Notes: generated by a model not told the origin, from the letters alone. Counted from the stretch's first letter, positions 1-10,146 are shown. The stretch: 64,000 bases of DNA from Waterburya sp. (GCA_965217895.1 CBDCJV010000002.1:1952001-2016000); one strand, 5' to 3'. Numbers and translations: made by a program.

Positions 1-1
1 C

Positions 2-361
2 GATCGCTATCGCTTCCGAATTCCTAAAAACAAACTGCCCAATGGAGTATCACAATTAAAGATTTCTTATCCTGATTATTTTGATGGTAAATTTGATACT
101 GACAAAATTGAAGTTAGACCTAATGGAGATAAGAAAAAGTCTTTACCTCTAAAATCTGTAGTTTGGGACGAAAAAAATAGATTTCTCCAAATAGATTTGG
201 CAACACCACTCCAAGAAGCAAAAAAACTGGAGATTGTTATGTCCAATACTAAAAATCCTGAAGTGGGTACTTATTATTTTTATGGTCAGGTTATTCCCGC
301 TCGTAATACCCCAGTTCCCGAAAAAATCGGTGCTTGGGTTGTGAACATTAATCCCCATTAA
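2..361 (+). CDS. DUF2808-family protein, 5'-truncated by window edge
   Basis: Frame +2 open to TAA 359-361: DRYRFRIPKNKL..ISYPDYFDGKFD..NPEVGTYYF..IGAWVVNINPH; usual position upstream of rpmH in cyanobacteria; not in ORF track. Confidence 0.75.
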   Translation, partial: DRYRFRIPKNKLPNGVSQLKISYPDYFDGKFDTDKIEVRPNGDKKKSLPLKSVVWDEKNRFLQIDLATPLQEAKKLEIVMSNTKNPEVGTYYFYGQVIPARNTPVPEKIGAWVVNINPH

Positions 362-515
362 AAATAAACTTTAAAAAAGCTTAGAGCTTGGAGCTACAGA
401 CCTTAAGCTCTATTAAGGCGGTCGCTTTTATCTAGATTACGGCTCGATGTAGTAAGATTAGAGATTGTGGCTTTTTATCAAGCATATTAAGACAAATTTA
501 TTGAGGAAATAATCA

Positions 516-653
516 GTGACTCAGCGTACATTAGGCGGAACTAACCGCAAACAGAAAAGAAAATCTGGTTTTCGCGCGCGGATGCGTACCACCAATGGTA
601 GAAGAGTAGTTCATGCTCGTCGCAAAAAAGGTCGTCATCGCCTAGCAGTTTAA
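516..653 (+). CDS. rpmH: 50S ribosomal protein L34
   Basis: GTG start, [52 protein letters not shown] upstream; precedes rnpA; missed by ORF track (45 aa). Confidence 0.97.
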   Translation: MTQRTLGGTNRKQKRKSGFRARMRTTNGRRVVHARRKKGRHRLAV

Positions 654-662
654 CTTGTTGGG

Positions 663-1037
663 GTGGGATTACCAAAAGCCTATAGGCTTAAAAATCGCCA
701 GGATTATAGGGCTGTTTATGAGCAGGGTATTCGTCGTTACAGTCCTCATCTAACCTTAATTGCGCTTTTAACAACGCCAAAGCAGTTAGGTGCGGTTTCT
801 ACCACCGCAACAATGTTCGGAATTTCTATCAGTAAGAAAGTTAGTAAAAAAGCTGTAGTTCGCAACCGCATAAAAAGACAGATAAAAGGGGTTGTTCGGA
901 GTAAGCTAAAGGCGATCGCTCCTGGATGGAAAGTAGTGATTGTAGTTAAGCCCCAAGCAATAGAATGCAAATATGAACATTTTTTGCGAGAATTAGAAGA
1001 GTTATTAAAACAAGCAAAAATTATTAATGGGCATTAA
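663..1037 (+). CDS. rnpA: Ribonuclease P protein component
   Basis: GISISKKVSKKAVVRNRIKR (RNR motif); operon position. Confidence 0.96.
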   Translation: MGLPKAYRLKNRQDYRAVYEQGIRRYSPHLTLIALLTTPKQLGAVSTTATMFGISISKKVSKKAVVRNRIKRQIKGVVRSKLKAIAPGWKVVIVVKPQAIECKYEHFLRELEELLKQAKIINGH

Positions 1038-1419
1038 AGAAGAAGTTTATTTTGAAAGCGGTCCCCACGTTGGCGACCTGATTTTCAATATACTATTAGC
1101 GTTTACAGTCATTTGTATTCCCTTGACAGTGGGCGCGATTGTCAGGGCTTTATGGTTACGCTATCGTATTACAGATCGTCGCATTTGCGTCACTGGTGGC
1201 TGGATGGGCAGAGAACGCACAGACATCATTTACTCTGAAGTTATTAAGATTGTCAAAGTTCCTAGAGGAATAGGTCTGTGGGGAGATTTGGTCATAACCC
1301 TAAGAGATAAAAGCCGCTTAGAAATGCGGGCAGTACCTCAATTTAGAGAAATATATGACTATATCTCTGAAAAGGCAGCAGCGAAAACAGGTAGACCATT
1401 AGAAGCAATTCAAAGCTAA
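1027..1419 (+). CDS. Bacterial PH-domain membrane protein
   Basis: TM hairpin then YRITDRRI..GG..G; conserved between rnpA and yidC in cyanobacteria. Confidence 0.8.
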   Translation: MGIKEEVYFESGPHVGDLIFNILLAFTVICIPLTVGAIVRALWLRYRITDRRICVTGGWMGRERTDIIYSEVIKIVKVPRGIGLWGDLVITLRDKSRLEMRAVPQFREIYDYISEKAAAKTGRPLEAIQS

Positions 1420-1519
1420 CTAAACTCCTGCAAACAGTTTTGATCGGTTTTCCTCATGGGCGATCGACTAAACTGAGTTAAAAATTACAATATTTCGTAA
1501 AGGCTGGATAGATTAAAAA

Positions 1520-2677
1520 ATGGATTTTGGTATCGGCTTTCTTTCAAACAACATCATGCTCCCAATCCTAGATTTTTTCTACGGGATTTTTCCGAGCTAT
1601 GGTTTTGCCATTATCGCCTTGACAATCGTAATTCGTCTGGCGGTTGTTCCTCTAAGTGCGGGACAAATTCGCAATATGCGCAAGATGAAAATTGTTCAAC
1701 CGCTGATGAAAGAGCGACAGGAACAAATTAAGCAAAAATATAAAAACGACCCAGAGAAACAAAGAGAAGAACAAGCCAAAGTAATGCAGGAGTTTGGAAA
1801 TCCTCTTGCAGGCTGTTTACCTCTATTGTTACAAATGCCAATTTTATTTGCCCTATTTGCTACTTTAAGAGGATCGCCATTTACCAACACTCCTTACGAT
1901 ATAAATGTGCAAATATTACCGAAGGAGCAAATAGAAAGAATTGTACCCCAGCCTTTTGCTACTAAACCCAAGAACATTTATATTGACGAAGGAACTCACC
2001 AACGAATCGCAGCAATGTTGCCTGGCGGAAACAAGCTAGCAGTGGGAGAAACTACAAAAGTAGAACTGCAAACCCCTGATGGTAAATCTCTAGATAATTT
2101 ATTAGCAGAATATCCCAGCAATAATGATCTCAAGCCTACTTTATCAATAACTAAGGGTTCTGAGCGGCTACAGATCGATCCAGATGGCACATTCAAAGCT
2201 TTAGAACCAGGAGATGCCACAATTCAAGTAACCGTTCCTGGCATTGCGGCTAATACAGGCTTTTTGTTTATTGAGAAACTGGGTCGAGTTGGGGTAACGG
2301 ATGAAAATGGTAATATCAACTTTGATATTTTGGCAATGGTCTTGATGTTTGGTGTAGGTATTTATGTTAACCAGCAAATGAGTGGTGCGCAAAATGCAAG
2401 TGCAGGAGCAGATCAACAGCAAGCAATAAATAAAATTACGCCTTTACTGTTTAGTGGGATGTTTTTATTCTTTCCCCTTCCTGCTGGCGTACTAATGTAT
2501 ATTGTAGTAGCCAACTTTTTCCAAACTGGTCAAACTTGGTTCTTGATGCGAGAACCTCTACCAGAAAATTTGCAGGAGATCTTGAAAGAGCAAGAAAAAG
2601 CAGAAGCAGCAGCCAAAAGAGATACTCTTCCTTTCGAGAAAAAGCGTTCTAAGAAAAAAGAAAAAACTTCAGGTTAA
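1520..2677 (+). CDS. yidC: Membrane protein insertase YidC
   Basis: [37 protein letters not shown] motifs. Confidence 0.96.
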   Translation: MDFGIGFLSNNIMLPILDFFYGIFPSYGFAIIALTIVIRLAVVPLSAGQIRNMRKMKIVQPLMKERQEQIKQKYKNDPEKQREEQAKVMQEFGNPLAGCLPLLLQMPILFALFATLRGSPFTNTPYDINVQILPKEQIERIVPQPFATKPKNIYIDEGTHQRIAAMLPGGNKLAVGETTKVELQTPDGKSLDNLLAEYPSNNDLKPTLSITKGSERLQIDPDGTFKALEPGDATIQVTVPGIAANTGFLFIEKLGRVGVTDENGNINFDILAMVLMFGVGIYVNQQMSGAQNASAGADQQQAINKITPLLFSGMFLFFPLPAGVLMYIVVANFFQTGQTWFLMREPLPENLQEILKEQEKAEAAAKRDTLPFEKKRSKKKEKTSG

Positions 2678-2690
2678 ATTATCAACCATC

Positions 2691-3179
2691 GTGGAAAGTC
2701 AACTTCAGTCAGGAAAACAGTGGTTAGAGCAGCTTTTAGATTCTATGGGTCTGGCTGCTAGAGTAACCACTGAAGGGTTTGAGACGGTAACTACTGATTC
2801 AAACTCTAATTGGTTAAACATAGACGGCAGCAATCTAACCTCAGAGCAAAAAGAACAGCTAATTGGCAATAAAGGCCAAAGTATTGATGCAATTCAATAT
2901 CTTGCCAACACCATACTTAATTTAGAGGCAGACCCTGAAGCTCAAAGCTCCTTTACTTTAGAATTAGATGGCTATAGAGTTGAACGTTATAAAGAATTAG
3001 CAGTCTTGACTCAAGAGGCGATCGCCAAGGTAAGAGAAACAGGAGAAGATGTAGAAATACCTGGCTTATCGCCGGCTGAAAGAAAACAGATACATTCTTC
3101 CTTGGAAGAAATAGAAGATTTAAGCAGCGAAAGTCGAGGTCAAGAACCAGACAGAAGATTGATTTTGCGATCGCAATAA
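2691..3179 (+). CDS. Jag/KhpB-like KH-R3H RNA-binding protein
   Basis: LIGNKGQSIDAIQYL (KH) and LSPAERKQIH (R3H); follows yidC. Confidence 0.88.
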   Translation: MESQLQSGKQWLEQLLDSMGLAARVTTEGFETVTTDSNSNWLNIDGSNLTSEQKEQLIGNKGQSIDAIQYLANTILNLEADPEAQSSFTLELDGYRVERYKELAVLTQEAIAKVRETGEDVEIPGLSPAERKQIHSSLEEIEDLSSESRGQEPDRRLILRSQ

Positions 3180-3235
3180 TCGAAATTAACCTCGAAACAC
3201 GTTGCCAATACACAGCGTTAAATGAGAAGCACATA

Positions 3236-3748
3236 ATGGAAGCGGTATACATACCTCATCTGCTAAAAGCACCAAGAAGAACAGCAGAAATTATTGTCGA
3301 TGACAATATTAGTGAATTAGACACTTTAATACCCGTAAAAGGCAAAATTGTTATACGCCACGGGGGAAACTTTTTAGAAGTAGCATCTCAAGCAGAAACA
3401 ATTATCACTCTAGTTTGCGATCGCTGTCTACAACATTATAATCACCGTTTGAAAATCGATACATCAGAATTGATTTGGCTAGAATCTGAACTAGAAAATA
3501 TTGAAGATCTCCCAGCAGAAAGAGAAGTCTCAATGGAGGATTTATCAGAAACTCTGCCTCCCAACGGACATTTCAATCCCCAAATGTGGCTTTTTGAACA
3601 ATTGTCTCTGGCTTTACCTTTGAGGAAAGTATGCGGTGAGAACTGTCCAGGAGCAGCAAAAACACCTTTGAAAAAAGAATTTCAAGTAGATAGTCGCTGG
3701 TCTAGTTTAGCAGCCTTAAAAGAGCAATTAAACGGTAGTCAGGATTAA
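3236..3748 (+). CDS. YceD/DUF177 family protein
   Basis: CDRCL, EQLSLALP..C..CPG and DSRW motifs. Confidence 0.88.
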   Translation: MEAVYIPHLLKAPRRTAEIIVDDNISELDTLIPVKGKIVIRHGGNFLEVASQAETIITLVCDRCLQHYNHRLKIDTSELIWLESELENIEDLPAEREVSMEDLSETLPPNGHFNPQMWLFEQLSLALPLRKVCGENCPGAAKTPLKKEFQVDSRWSSLAALKEQLNGSQD

Positions 3749-3833
3749 TTAGTAATTATACTGAATACTTAAATCAAAGGTAAAATCATTTATCGGTAAA
3801 TAGTACTAAATAATTATTTAAAATCAACTAATC

Positions 3834-4823
3834 ATGTCTGATTCGCCGACAAATATAGAAAAAGCAGATAACTCAGGGGATTCTAAAGCTCGTCAATTGC
3901 TGGGTATGAAAGGCGCAGCGACCGGGGAAACTTCTCTTTGGAAAATAAGGCTGCAGTTAATGAAGCCGATTACCTGGATTCCTCTTATTTGGGGGGTGAT
4001 CTGCGGTGCAGCATCTTCAGGTAACTATAGTTGGACAGTGGAGAATGTTCTGCTAGCGGCTGCCTGTATGTTACTTTCAGGTCCATTAATGACTGGTTAT
4101 ACCCAGACCGTTAACGAACTGTATGACCGTGAAATTGATGCAATCAATGAACCCTATCGACCTATTCCTTCGGGGGCAATTTCTCTAACGCAAGCAAAAG
4201 TACAGATTTGGGTCTTGGTACTAACTGCTTGGGCATTAGCTTACGGCTTGGATGTAGCAGTAGGTCATGATTTTCCGACTATTCTCTGTCTTGCTTTAGG
4301 TGGTTCTATTATTGCCTATATTTATTCTGCACCACCATTAAAACTCAAGCAAAATGGCTGGTTAGGCACTTATGCACTTGGTTCTAGCTATATTGCCTTG
4401 CCTTGGTGGACTGGTCACGCTTTGTTTGGCGAATTGAGTTGGAAAATTGTAATTTTAACCCTGATCTACAGCTTTGCAGGGTTGGGTATTGCCATTGTCA
4501 ACGACTTCAAAAGTGTAGAAGGCGATCGCGCTTTGGGCTTAAAATCTCTGCCAGTAATGTTTGGAGTTACCACTGCTGCTTGGATTTGCGTCATTGCGAT
4601 CGACGTTTTTCAAATTGGTATTAGTGGTTACCTTGTTTCAATTCATGAGAATCTCTACGCCACCATTGTCTTTTTACTAGTGATTCCCCAGATTGTCTTT
4701 CAGGATATGTATTTTCTCCGCAATCCTTTAGAAAATGATGTCAAGTATCAAGCCAGCGCACAGCCTTTTCTAGTTTTTGGGATGCTATTTACAGGTATTG
4801 CTTTAGGACACGCAGGAATTTAA
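3834..4823 (+). CDS. chlG: Chlorophyll synthase
   Basis: RLQLMKPITWIPLIWG, YDREIDAINEPYRPIPSG, NDFKSVEGD, NDVKYQASAQPF. Confidence 0.97.
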   Translation: MSDSPTNIEKADNSGDSKARQLLGMKGAATGETSLWKIRLQLMKPITWIPLIWGVICGAASSGNYSWTVENVLLAAACMLLSGPLMTGYTQTVNELYDREIDAINEPYRPIPSGAISLTQAKVQIWVLVLTAWALAYGLDVAVGHDFPTILCLALGGSIIAYIYSAPPLKLKQNGWLGTYALGSSYIALPWWTGHALFGELSWKIVILTLIYSFAGLGIAIVNDFKSVEGDRALGLKSLPVMFGVTTAAWICVIAIDVFQIGISGYLVSIHENLYATIVFLLVIPQIVFQDMYFLRNPLENDVKYQASAQPFLVFGMLFTGIALGHAGI

Positions 4824-4840
4824 TCAGTGAACAATAACCA

Positions 4841-4870
4841 GAGTAAGAAGTAATTCACTACTTCTTACTC
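4841..4870. terminator. 12-bp perfect inverted repeat after chlG (possible terminator/stabilising hairpin)
   Basis: GAGTAAGAAGTA-attcac-TACTTCTTACTC; no strong U tract. Confidence 0.4.
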
Positions 4871-4902
4871 AAAGCGAAGCGTAACTATAGGTTAATTATT
4901 CA

Positions 4903-5430
4903 ATGAATCCCAACAATTGGTTGACAGCCTTGTCCTTTATAGCGATCGCTACTCTCTTAAGTACGATCTATGGCTGGCTGGTGAAAAAAGGAAAATTGCC
5001 ATTTAGGTCGGGCATTGATTATAGTAATGCTCAATTGCAATTTATGAAAGTTTGGGTCAAGGTTGCACTCCTACTTGGGGTAATCATTCCTGTAGTTTTG
5101 TGGTTAGTTTTTTGGAATAAACCAGTTATACGCCAGTTTTTTAGTTGCTACTTGTTAGTAGTCGTTGTTCAGTTAGCAAGCGAAAAAAGTTTTAAAAGTA
5201 TCTTTTGTCCGAGCGTTGTTGTAATTATTGGAACTCTTTACACTGGATTTCGGATTTGGCAATTATGGTCGGGGTTACACTTAACAACTTATCTGATGCC
5301 CTGGCTTAGTTTATTTTGGTTAGTTGTTCTCTTTTGGGTAGCAAATATGATTATGCTAATCACAATGCCAATTCCTAACATACTTCCCCAATCAAATAAT
5401 TACAGTTTAGGTAATGAAGAGTTAGATTAA
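4903..5430 (+). CDS. Hypothetical multi-pass membrane protein
   Basis: 175 aa, about 5 hydrophobic segments, YTGFRIWQLW. Confidence 0.7.
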   Translation: MNPNNWLTALSFIAIATLLSTIYGWLVKKGKLPFRSGIDYSNAQLQFMKVWVKVALLLGVIIPVVLWLVFWNKPVIRQFFSCYLLVVVVQLASEKSFKSIFCPSVVVIIGTLYTGFRIWQLWSGLHLTTYLMPWLSLFWLVVLFWVANMIMLITMPIPNILPQSNNYSLGNEELD

Positions 5431-5495
5431 GTTTAACTTACAAATAGTTGAATTTTTGATTTTGTTATTAGACAGCTTAAAAGAGTTAGAAATTC

Positions 5496-6035
5496 ATGAA
5501 AAACATTCAACTTCTTGCTATATCAGGTAGTTTAAGAGCTAATTCATCTAATACAGAGGTTCTAAAAGCAGCAAAAATACTAGCTCCAGCAACCGTAGAT
5601 ATTGTTCTTTATTCAGAATTATCTAGACTTCCTCACTTCAATCCCGATTTAGATCGAGAGCCTTTACCTGAATCTATAGTGTCTTGGCGAAAACATATTG
5701 AAAATAGTGATGGCATAATCATTTCAAGTCCTGAATATGCCCATGGTGTTCCAGGTTCACTAAAAAATGCTCTTGATTGGCTAGTTAGCAGCATAGAATT
5801 TCCTGGTAAGCCAGTAGCTTTAATTAATGCAAACCCCAGAGCGAGTATTGCCCTCGCCTCTCTCAAAGAAATACTTACTACCATGTCAGCCAGAACGTCT
5901 GAATCTAATAACGTAACTCTAGCAATTGCTGGAAAAGCCTTAAATGCTCAGGGAATTATATCTGATCCTCAATTGTCTGTAGCTTTAGAGAAAGCAATTG
6001 CAATATTTGCTCAAACTATTTTTGTTTCCAAATAA
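5496..6035 (+). CDS. NADPH-dependent FMN reductase
   Basis: ISGSLRANSSN, SPEYAHGVPGSLKNALDW. Confidence 0.92.
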   Translation: MKNIQLLAISGSLRANSSNTEVLKAAKILAPATVDIVLYSELSRLPHFNPDLDREPLPESIVSWRKHIENSDGIIISSPEYAHGVPGSLKNALDWLVSSIEFPGKPVALINANPRASIALASLKEILTTMSARTSESNNVTLAIAGKALNAQGIISDPQLSVALEKAIAIFAQTIFVSK

Positions 6036-6196
6036 GATTTTTTTCTTTCTGCAATGTTTAACTTTATAGAAAGTGTTCAATGCGGGTAACTAAATTTGTA
6101 TCTAAAACTTTGCGTATCTATGTAACTTCTTGTTCAAAAAAGAGCTTCCAATTAGGATTATGTTCAACAATGATGATCTCATCCATTGCCAATTTA

Positions 6197-6829
6197 TTAG
6201 CTATTAGTTATCCAGTCTAACCGCACAAAGTAACCAGAATTGCCCAATTTATCAGTAATTTTGGTGATTTTATTAAGCTTTAAATTAAAAGGAATGGCAG
6301 TAGTTATGTATTTCTGTACATATATACCAATATCGGGAGCAAGATAGTTAGCAGCAAGAGTGGCTAATCCCATACCCAGCAGTTGATGTACTGGTTCTTT
6401 CGGCAAGCTCAAGTGTGCCATCATTGCCATACTAGTAGTCAGCATCACTGCCACAGAAGAATTTGTACCACAGCGAGGATGAAGTGCTAGGTTCCATTCT
6501 CCTTGTTGTAAACGAATCAAAGCCAGATTTACAGCCTTTCTTAATCTAAAGGGATCGATATTGCCGTAAAGGTAAAATCCTTTCTCAGTAGACATTCCGC
6601 CGATATCTTCGTTGTCTGCGGATAAATAGCTAGCTGAGAATTTTGTCGTTGTACTGGAATTGCCTAAATTACTTAACACCCAGACAGTAGCGTGTTCTAA
6701 AGCGTGTACTTGACGAATGGCTAGAAAGTCTTTAAAACCAGGAATAAAGCCTAGTTGCTTAATTAACTCAGTATCCCCATAAGAATTAGGGAAGTCAAAA
6801 CCTGGATTGGTGTAAGTGGCATCGATCAT
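6197..6829 (-). CDS. DUF6391-like conserved protein
   Basis: RQVHALEHATVWVL, LALHPRCGTN motifs. Confidence 0.7.
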   Translation of the reverse strand: MIDATYTNPGFDFPNSYGDTELIKQLGFIPGFKDFLAIRQVHALEHATVWVLSNLGNSSTTTKFSASYLSADNEDIGGMSTEKGFYLYGNIDPFRLRKAVNLALIRLQQGEWNLALHPRCGTNSSVAVMLTTSMAMMAHLSLPKEPVHQLLGMGLATLAANYLAPDIGIYVQKYITTAIPFNLKLNKITKITDKLGNSGYFVRLDWITNS

Positions 6830-7175
6830 AATGAATTAAGGAGCGATCGCTTTTTGTCTACAGTTTGTGGTCAACAAAATTATTTTGAATCTACTACTGA
6901 TACTTTTTAAGTCTAATTATTTTATCGTCTATCTTCGGATTGTTTTAATAAAATTTAGTCACTCTGACTCCTACTTCGCAAGAATATAAGGCTCTTGTGT
7001 TCTCAAACACAATTTTTATGATTTGTTCATTATTCGTGAATTCAGTAGCTGGATGAAATCAAATATAAACATAAATTTCACAATCCCTGAAGCAGACTAG
7101 AAGATTTAGGCTGGGTATATTAAAGGGCAGAAGTCCGCTATTTTTATCACTAGTAAATTTAACCAAAAACTGTAT

Positions 7176-8240
7176 ATGCCTATTCCCTTCGATGTTGCAT
7201 TTGCCCAAAAACGGATTGATAAGTTTTGGTGTCTGCCTGCTAGTTTTGGTATGGAACGAAACGCTTATCATAATTATCTTAACGAAATTGTCAGCGATCG
7301 CTATGCTTTAGTCAATGGACTACAGGTATTAAGAGACGAACTACAGTTTGCTGCTTCTAGCAACAGTGATATACATATATGTGGAGCAGATTTGAGCTTA
7401 CCCAGCGTCGTGACAACTTTGGCATATACCAACTGTGGCGATCGCATTCACCAAGGAGAAGTCACCAAACGTTACCGAGATGTAGTAGCATCCCGTTTTG
7501 CAACCCTCTCAGAAATTGGCGAACTAAAGCTAGAAGCATTTTTTCCCGCAGGCGGAGGGACAGATAATGGGGCAACTCTTGCTCACGTTACCGTGGCACA
7601 TCAAATGGACGAACCATTACGCCGAAGACTATATGAGGGAAATTCCCAGTCAATGGTATTAGTGGCAGTAGATCTAAAAACTCATGTAGGGCGTTTGGAA
7701 GAAGGAGAAAAGCGCATCTACGGTAAAACCCGTGAATCTCCTTGGCGAGAACCTCGTAATGCCTGTGGTGCAATTGTTGGCGCGTTATCAAACTATCATC
7801 CCCACAATATGATTCACCGTCGTATAAGGGATGATTTAGGCGAAAAAAACTTTCAGTATCTTTCTAACCAAAAGATTGTTACTGAGAGTGGAATAGATAT
7901 CACTATGGCAGTAGCTTCGGCAATTGTAGCTATTCGTGGTATTCGCAACACCGCCATGGCAATGACTCAGGAAATAGATGAACGAGGATTAGCTCATCTC
8001 ACCGCTAGCACTACGGTAAATCGTCCATCAAGGGATGATCTGGTAATTTATTTAGCCAGAGCAACGGTATTTGGTGGCAAAGTACGAATACAAAGTTTGG
8101 GAACAAAAGCCGAGCTATACAGTGGCAAACTGATTGAGTATGCGGGAGAACGTAGGCTTCAATTAACCTATAACGATTTAGATGGAGAGCATTTGCCCGT
8201 GGAAGAAATTCCCTATCAGGTTAAACCTTCGGGATTATAA
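7176..8240 (+). CDS. Conserved hypothetical protein; candidate LCIB/theta-CA-like zinc fold
   Basis: 354-aa clean ORF; C87-x-D89, H170-V-G and A-C197-G-A motifs (see findings); CDS likely real, function uncertain. Confidence 0.6.
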   Translation: MPIPFDVAFAQKRIDKFWCLPASFGMERNAYHNYLNEIVSDRYALVNGLQVLRDELQFAASSNSDIHICGADLSLPSVVTTLAYTNCGDRIHQGEVTKRYRDVVASRFATLSEIGELKLEAFFPAGGGTDNGATLAHVTVAHQMDEPLRRRLYEGNSQSMVLVAVDLKTHVGRLEEGEKRIYGKTRESPWREPRNACGAIVGALSNYHPHNMIHRRIRDDLGEKNFQYLSNQKIVTESGIDITMAVASAIVAIRGIRNTAMAMTQEIDERGLAHLTASTTVNRPSRDDLVIYLARATVFGGKVRIQSLGTKAELYSGKLIEYAGERRLQLTYNDLDGEHLPVEEIPYQVKPSGL

Positions 8241-8299
8241 AAAGCTAAAATTATTTTTTTTAAGCTGTTGATATTGATAATATGCTCATCAGTAATGCT

Positions 8300-8385
8300 G
8301 TTGTCGTGCGTGGCGGGGTGATCTCTGACTAGCCGTTCCCAATTCCCAAGGCTAAAATCGGGGTGAACACAACCCCGTAAAAAAA
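8300..8385 (+). promoter_or_regulatory. GC-rich structured 5' leader of tandem-ComFB gene
   Basis: CGGGGTGA twice (8314, 8359), complement ACCCCG (8372), TAGCC/GGCTA stem (8330/8350). Confidence 0.35.
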
Positions 8386-8394
8386 GCAAATTTT

Positions 8395-9168
8395 ATGAGT
8401 AATTTTATACAAGAAACTCAAAGTGGCAAAATTGATTTAATAAATGTTTTGGTCGATATAAGATTAACTAACGTAACCGAAATCAAAGTTCTTCAGGAAG
8501 TAGTTAGCTTTATTGATACTCACTACCAAGAACACAAAGTACACATCAAAGCTGCCAGCGTTGCTGCTTTAATTTTAAATCGTCAAGATATCCCCAATCT
8601 ATATGCTACTTCTCCAAGAGGTTACAACAACCAAGTGCTAGAATTTCAAAATCAATTTGGAATTTCAGGCTTTAAAATTAGAGAAAAACTAATACCTTGG
8701 GCTATAGATAAAATAATTAGAACTAGATTGTCTCAAAATTTACATTTAGACTTGACAGAAGCTAAAGACAACCAAATCAGCCAAATTGCGGTAGATAATC
8801 AGAACTTTTTAGAAATTTTAGCCAACATCGATCTGGCTAATGTAACAGAGTTTCAAGTGATAGAAGAAGCCTTTAATCATATACAGCAGAAATTTTCTGG
8901 AGTGGCACAACAAATTAACTTATCTGATGTTTGTGCTTTAGTACTCAACCATAAATCTGTCTGTTCTTTATATGCTACTACTACTGAAGAGTACGATAAA
9001 TTAAAGCAAATCTATCTGTCCGAACATCAGTTTCAAGTAAATGAAATTGTTCATCAGATGGTAGAAAAAGTTCATTCAGAAGGTTCAGAACTTTCTTTAA
9101 ACCACGATTCTTTGATTGCAGTCAACTTCCAAAGACGAAAAAACGTAGCTCAGTCTTGGCATCTTTAA
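8395..9168 (+). CDS. Protein with two divergent ComFB-like domains
   Basis: Internal repeat LTNVTE..V...VAALILNR..PNLYATS / LANVTE..V...DVCALVLNH..SLYATT resembles ComFB N-V-x-E...ALNRLPPLYAT. Confidence 0.65.
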   Translation: MSNFIQETQSGKIDLINVLVDIRLTNVTEIKVLQEVVSFIDTHYQEHKVHIKAASVAALILNRQDIPNLYATSPRGYNNQVLEFQNQFGISGFKIREKLIPWAIDKIIRTRLSQNLHLDLTEAKDNQISQIAVDNQNFLEILANIDLANVTEFQVIEEAFNHIQQKFSGVAQQINLSDVCALVLNHKSVCSLYATTTEEYDKLKQIYLSEHQFQVNEIVHQMVEKVHSEGSELSLNHDSLIAVNFQRRKNVAQSWHL

Positions 9169-9242
9169 ATGCACGCCTGATGTGAATTAACGGTGAGACT
9201 CCTTAAAGGGTTTCGCCTTATCCTGAACTCAGGTTTATTAAG

Positions 9243-10034
9243 TTAAGTAAACATAATTTTACGCATTATAAAAGCCATCAGACTAACTGCACACACAACG
9301 GCTAATTGTCCTGGTAGAGGATGAATTGTATAAATGGCGATCGCTTGAGACAAAGAGATGCCTTCGCCTAAACCCCTTAAATAATAAATTATTGTTAAAT
9401 AAATCAGACCGACTAAATGAATGACCACTAATCCTGTAAAACAACTGGCAATCAAAGCAGAGAATCGCACCAAAGTTTGAAATGCTAGCCAGCCACAAAG
9501 CCAAGCACCAAGTATAAATCCCAGAAGATAGCCAAAATTAGGCTGCTGTAAATAACTCAATCCACCGCCTTGGTCAAATATAGGTAGTCCACTAATTCCC
9601 AACAGCACATATGCAGTTTGAGAGATTAAAGCAGCATTTTTTCCACCCACACAGGCAATAAATAATGCTGCTCCAATTTGATAGCTTACTCCTAAAGTAT
9701 GAACTCCAAAGGTATCACCAAACCAAGACCAAGGGGCAGCAATGGTATAGGCAGGAATAAAAGTTCCACCAATAGTCAAAATCAGACCAACTCCTGCCCA
9801 CAGGAGCATCTCAGGCACAGGAGGAACATAAGCTCGATTTGGCTTATCTAATCTAATGTCTAGCTGATCTCGTAACCACTTGTTTTCTTTTTGTAGGCTC
9901 TCTAAATTTTGCTGCTTTTGTTGAGTAAGTTGTTGTAATTGATCGATAACTTCTTTAACTGGACGGGGAGTAATTTCCCATTCGTAATCACTAATGTCGG
10001 TGTTGGGTTTAGACGATTCTTTCAGATTGGACAT
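9243..10034 (-). CDS. bioY: Biotin transporter BioY with N-terminal extension
   Basis: LLWAGVGLILTIGGTF, GLPIFDQGGG..Y...PNFGYLLGF. Confidence 0.88.
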   Translation of the reverse strand: MSNLKESSKPNTDISDYEWEITPRPVKEVIDQLQQLTQQKQQNLESLQKENKWLRDQLDIRLDKPNRAYVPPVPEMLLWAGVGLILTIGGTFIPAYTIAAPWSWFGDTFGVHTLGVSYQIGAALFIACVGGKNAALISQTAYVLLGISGLPIFDQGGGLSYLQQPNFGYLLGFILGAWLCGWLAFQTLVRFSALIASCFTGLVVIHLVGLIYLTIIYYLRGLGEGISLSQAIAIYTIHPLPGQLAVVCAVSLMAFIMRKIMFT

Positions 10035-10095
10035 AAACCGAGACTGTTGATGGCATTTTCCAGTTTAGCTTTTGATTAGCTATTTGTTGAGCAAA

Positions 10096-10144
10096 TTGAA
10101 CATTAAACATTAAGCATTGAGCATTGAGCATCGAGCATTAAATA
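10096..10144. repeat. Heptamer tandem repeat (TTRAGCA-like x7), STRR-type
   Basis: ttgaaca ttaaaca ttaagca ttgagca ttgagca tcgagca ttaaata. Confidence 0.8.
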
Positions 10145-10146
10145 TT

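Noticed and set aside
149..358. 69-aa minus-strand ORF
   Set aside because: Shadow of the DUF2808 CDS on the plus strand.
8300..8385. c-di-AMP (ydaO) or c-di-GMP riboswitch call
   Set aside because: Only fragments (GGGGTGA, AACCCCGTA) resemble ydaO; length and other conserved segments do not fit.
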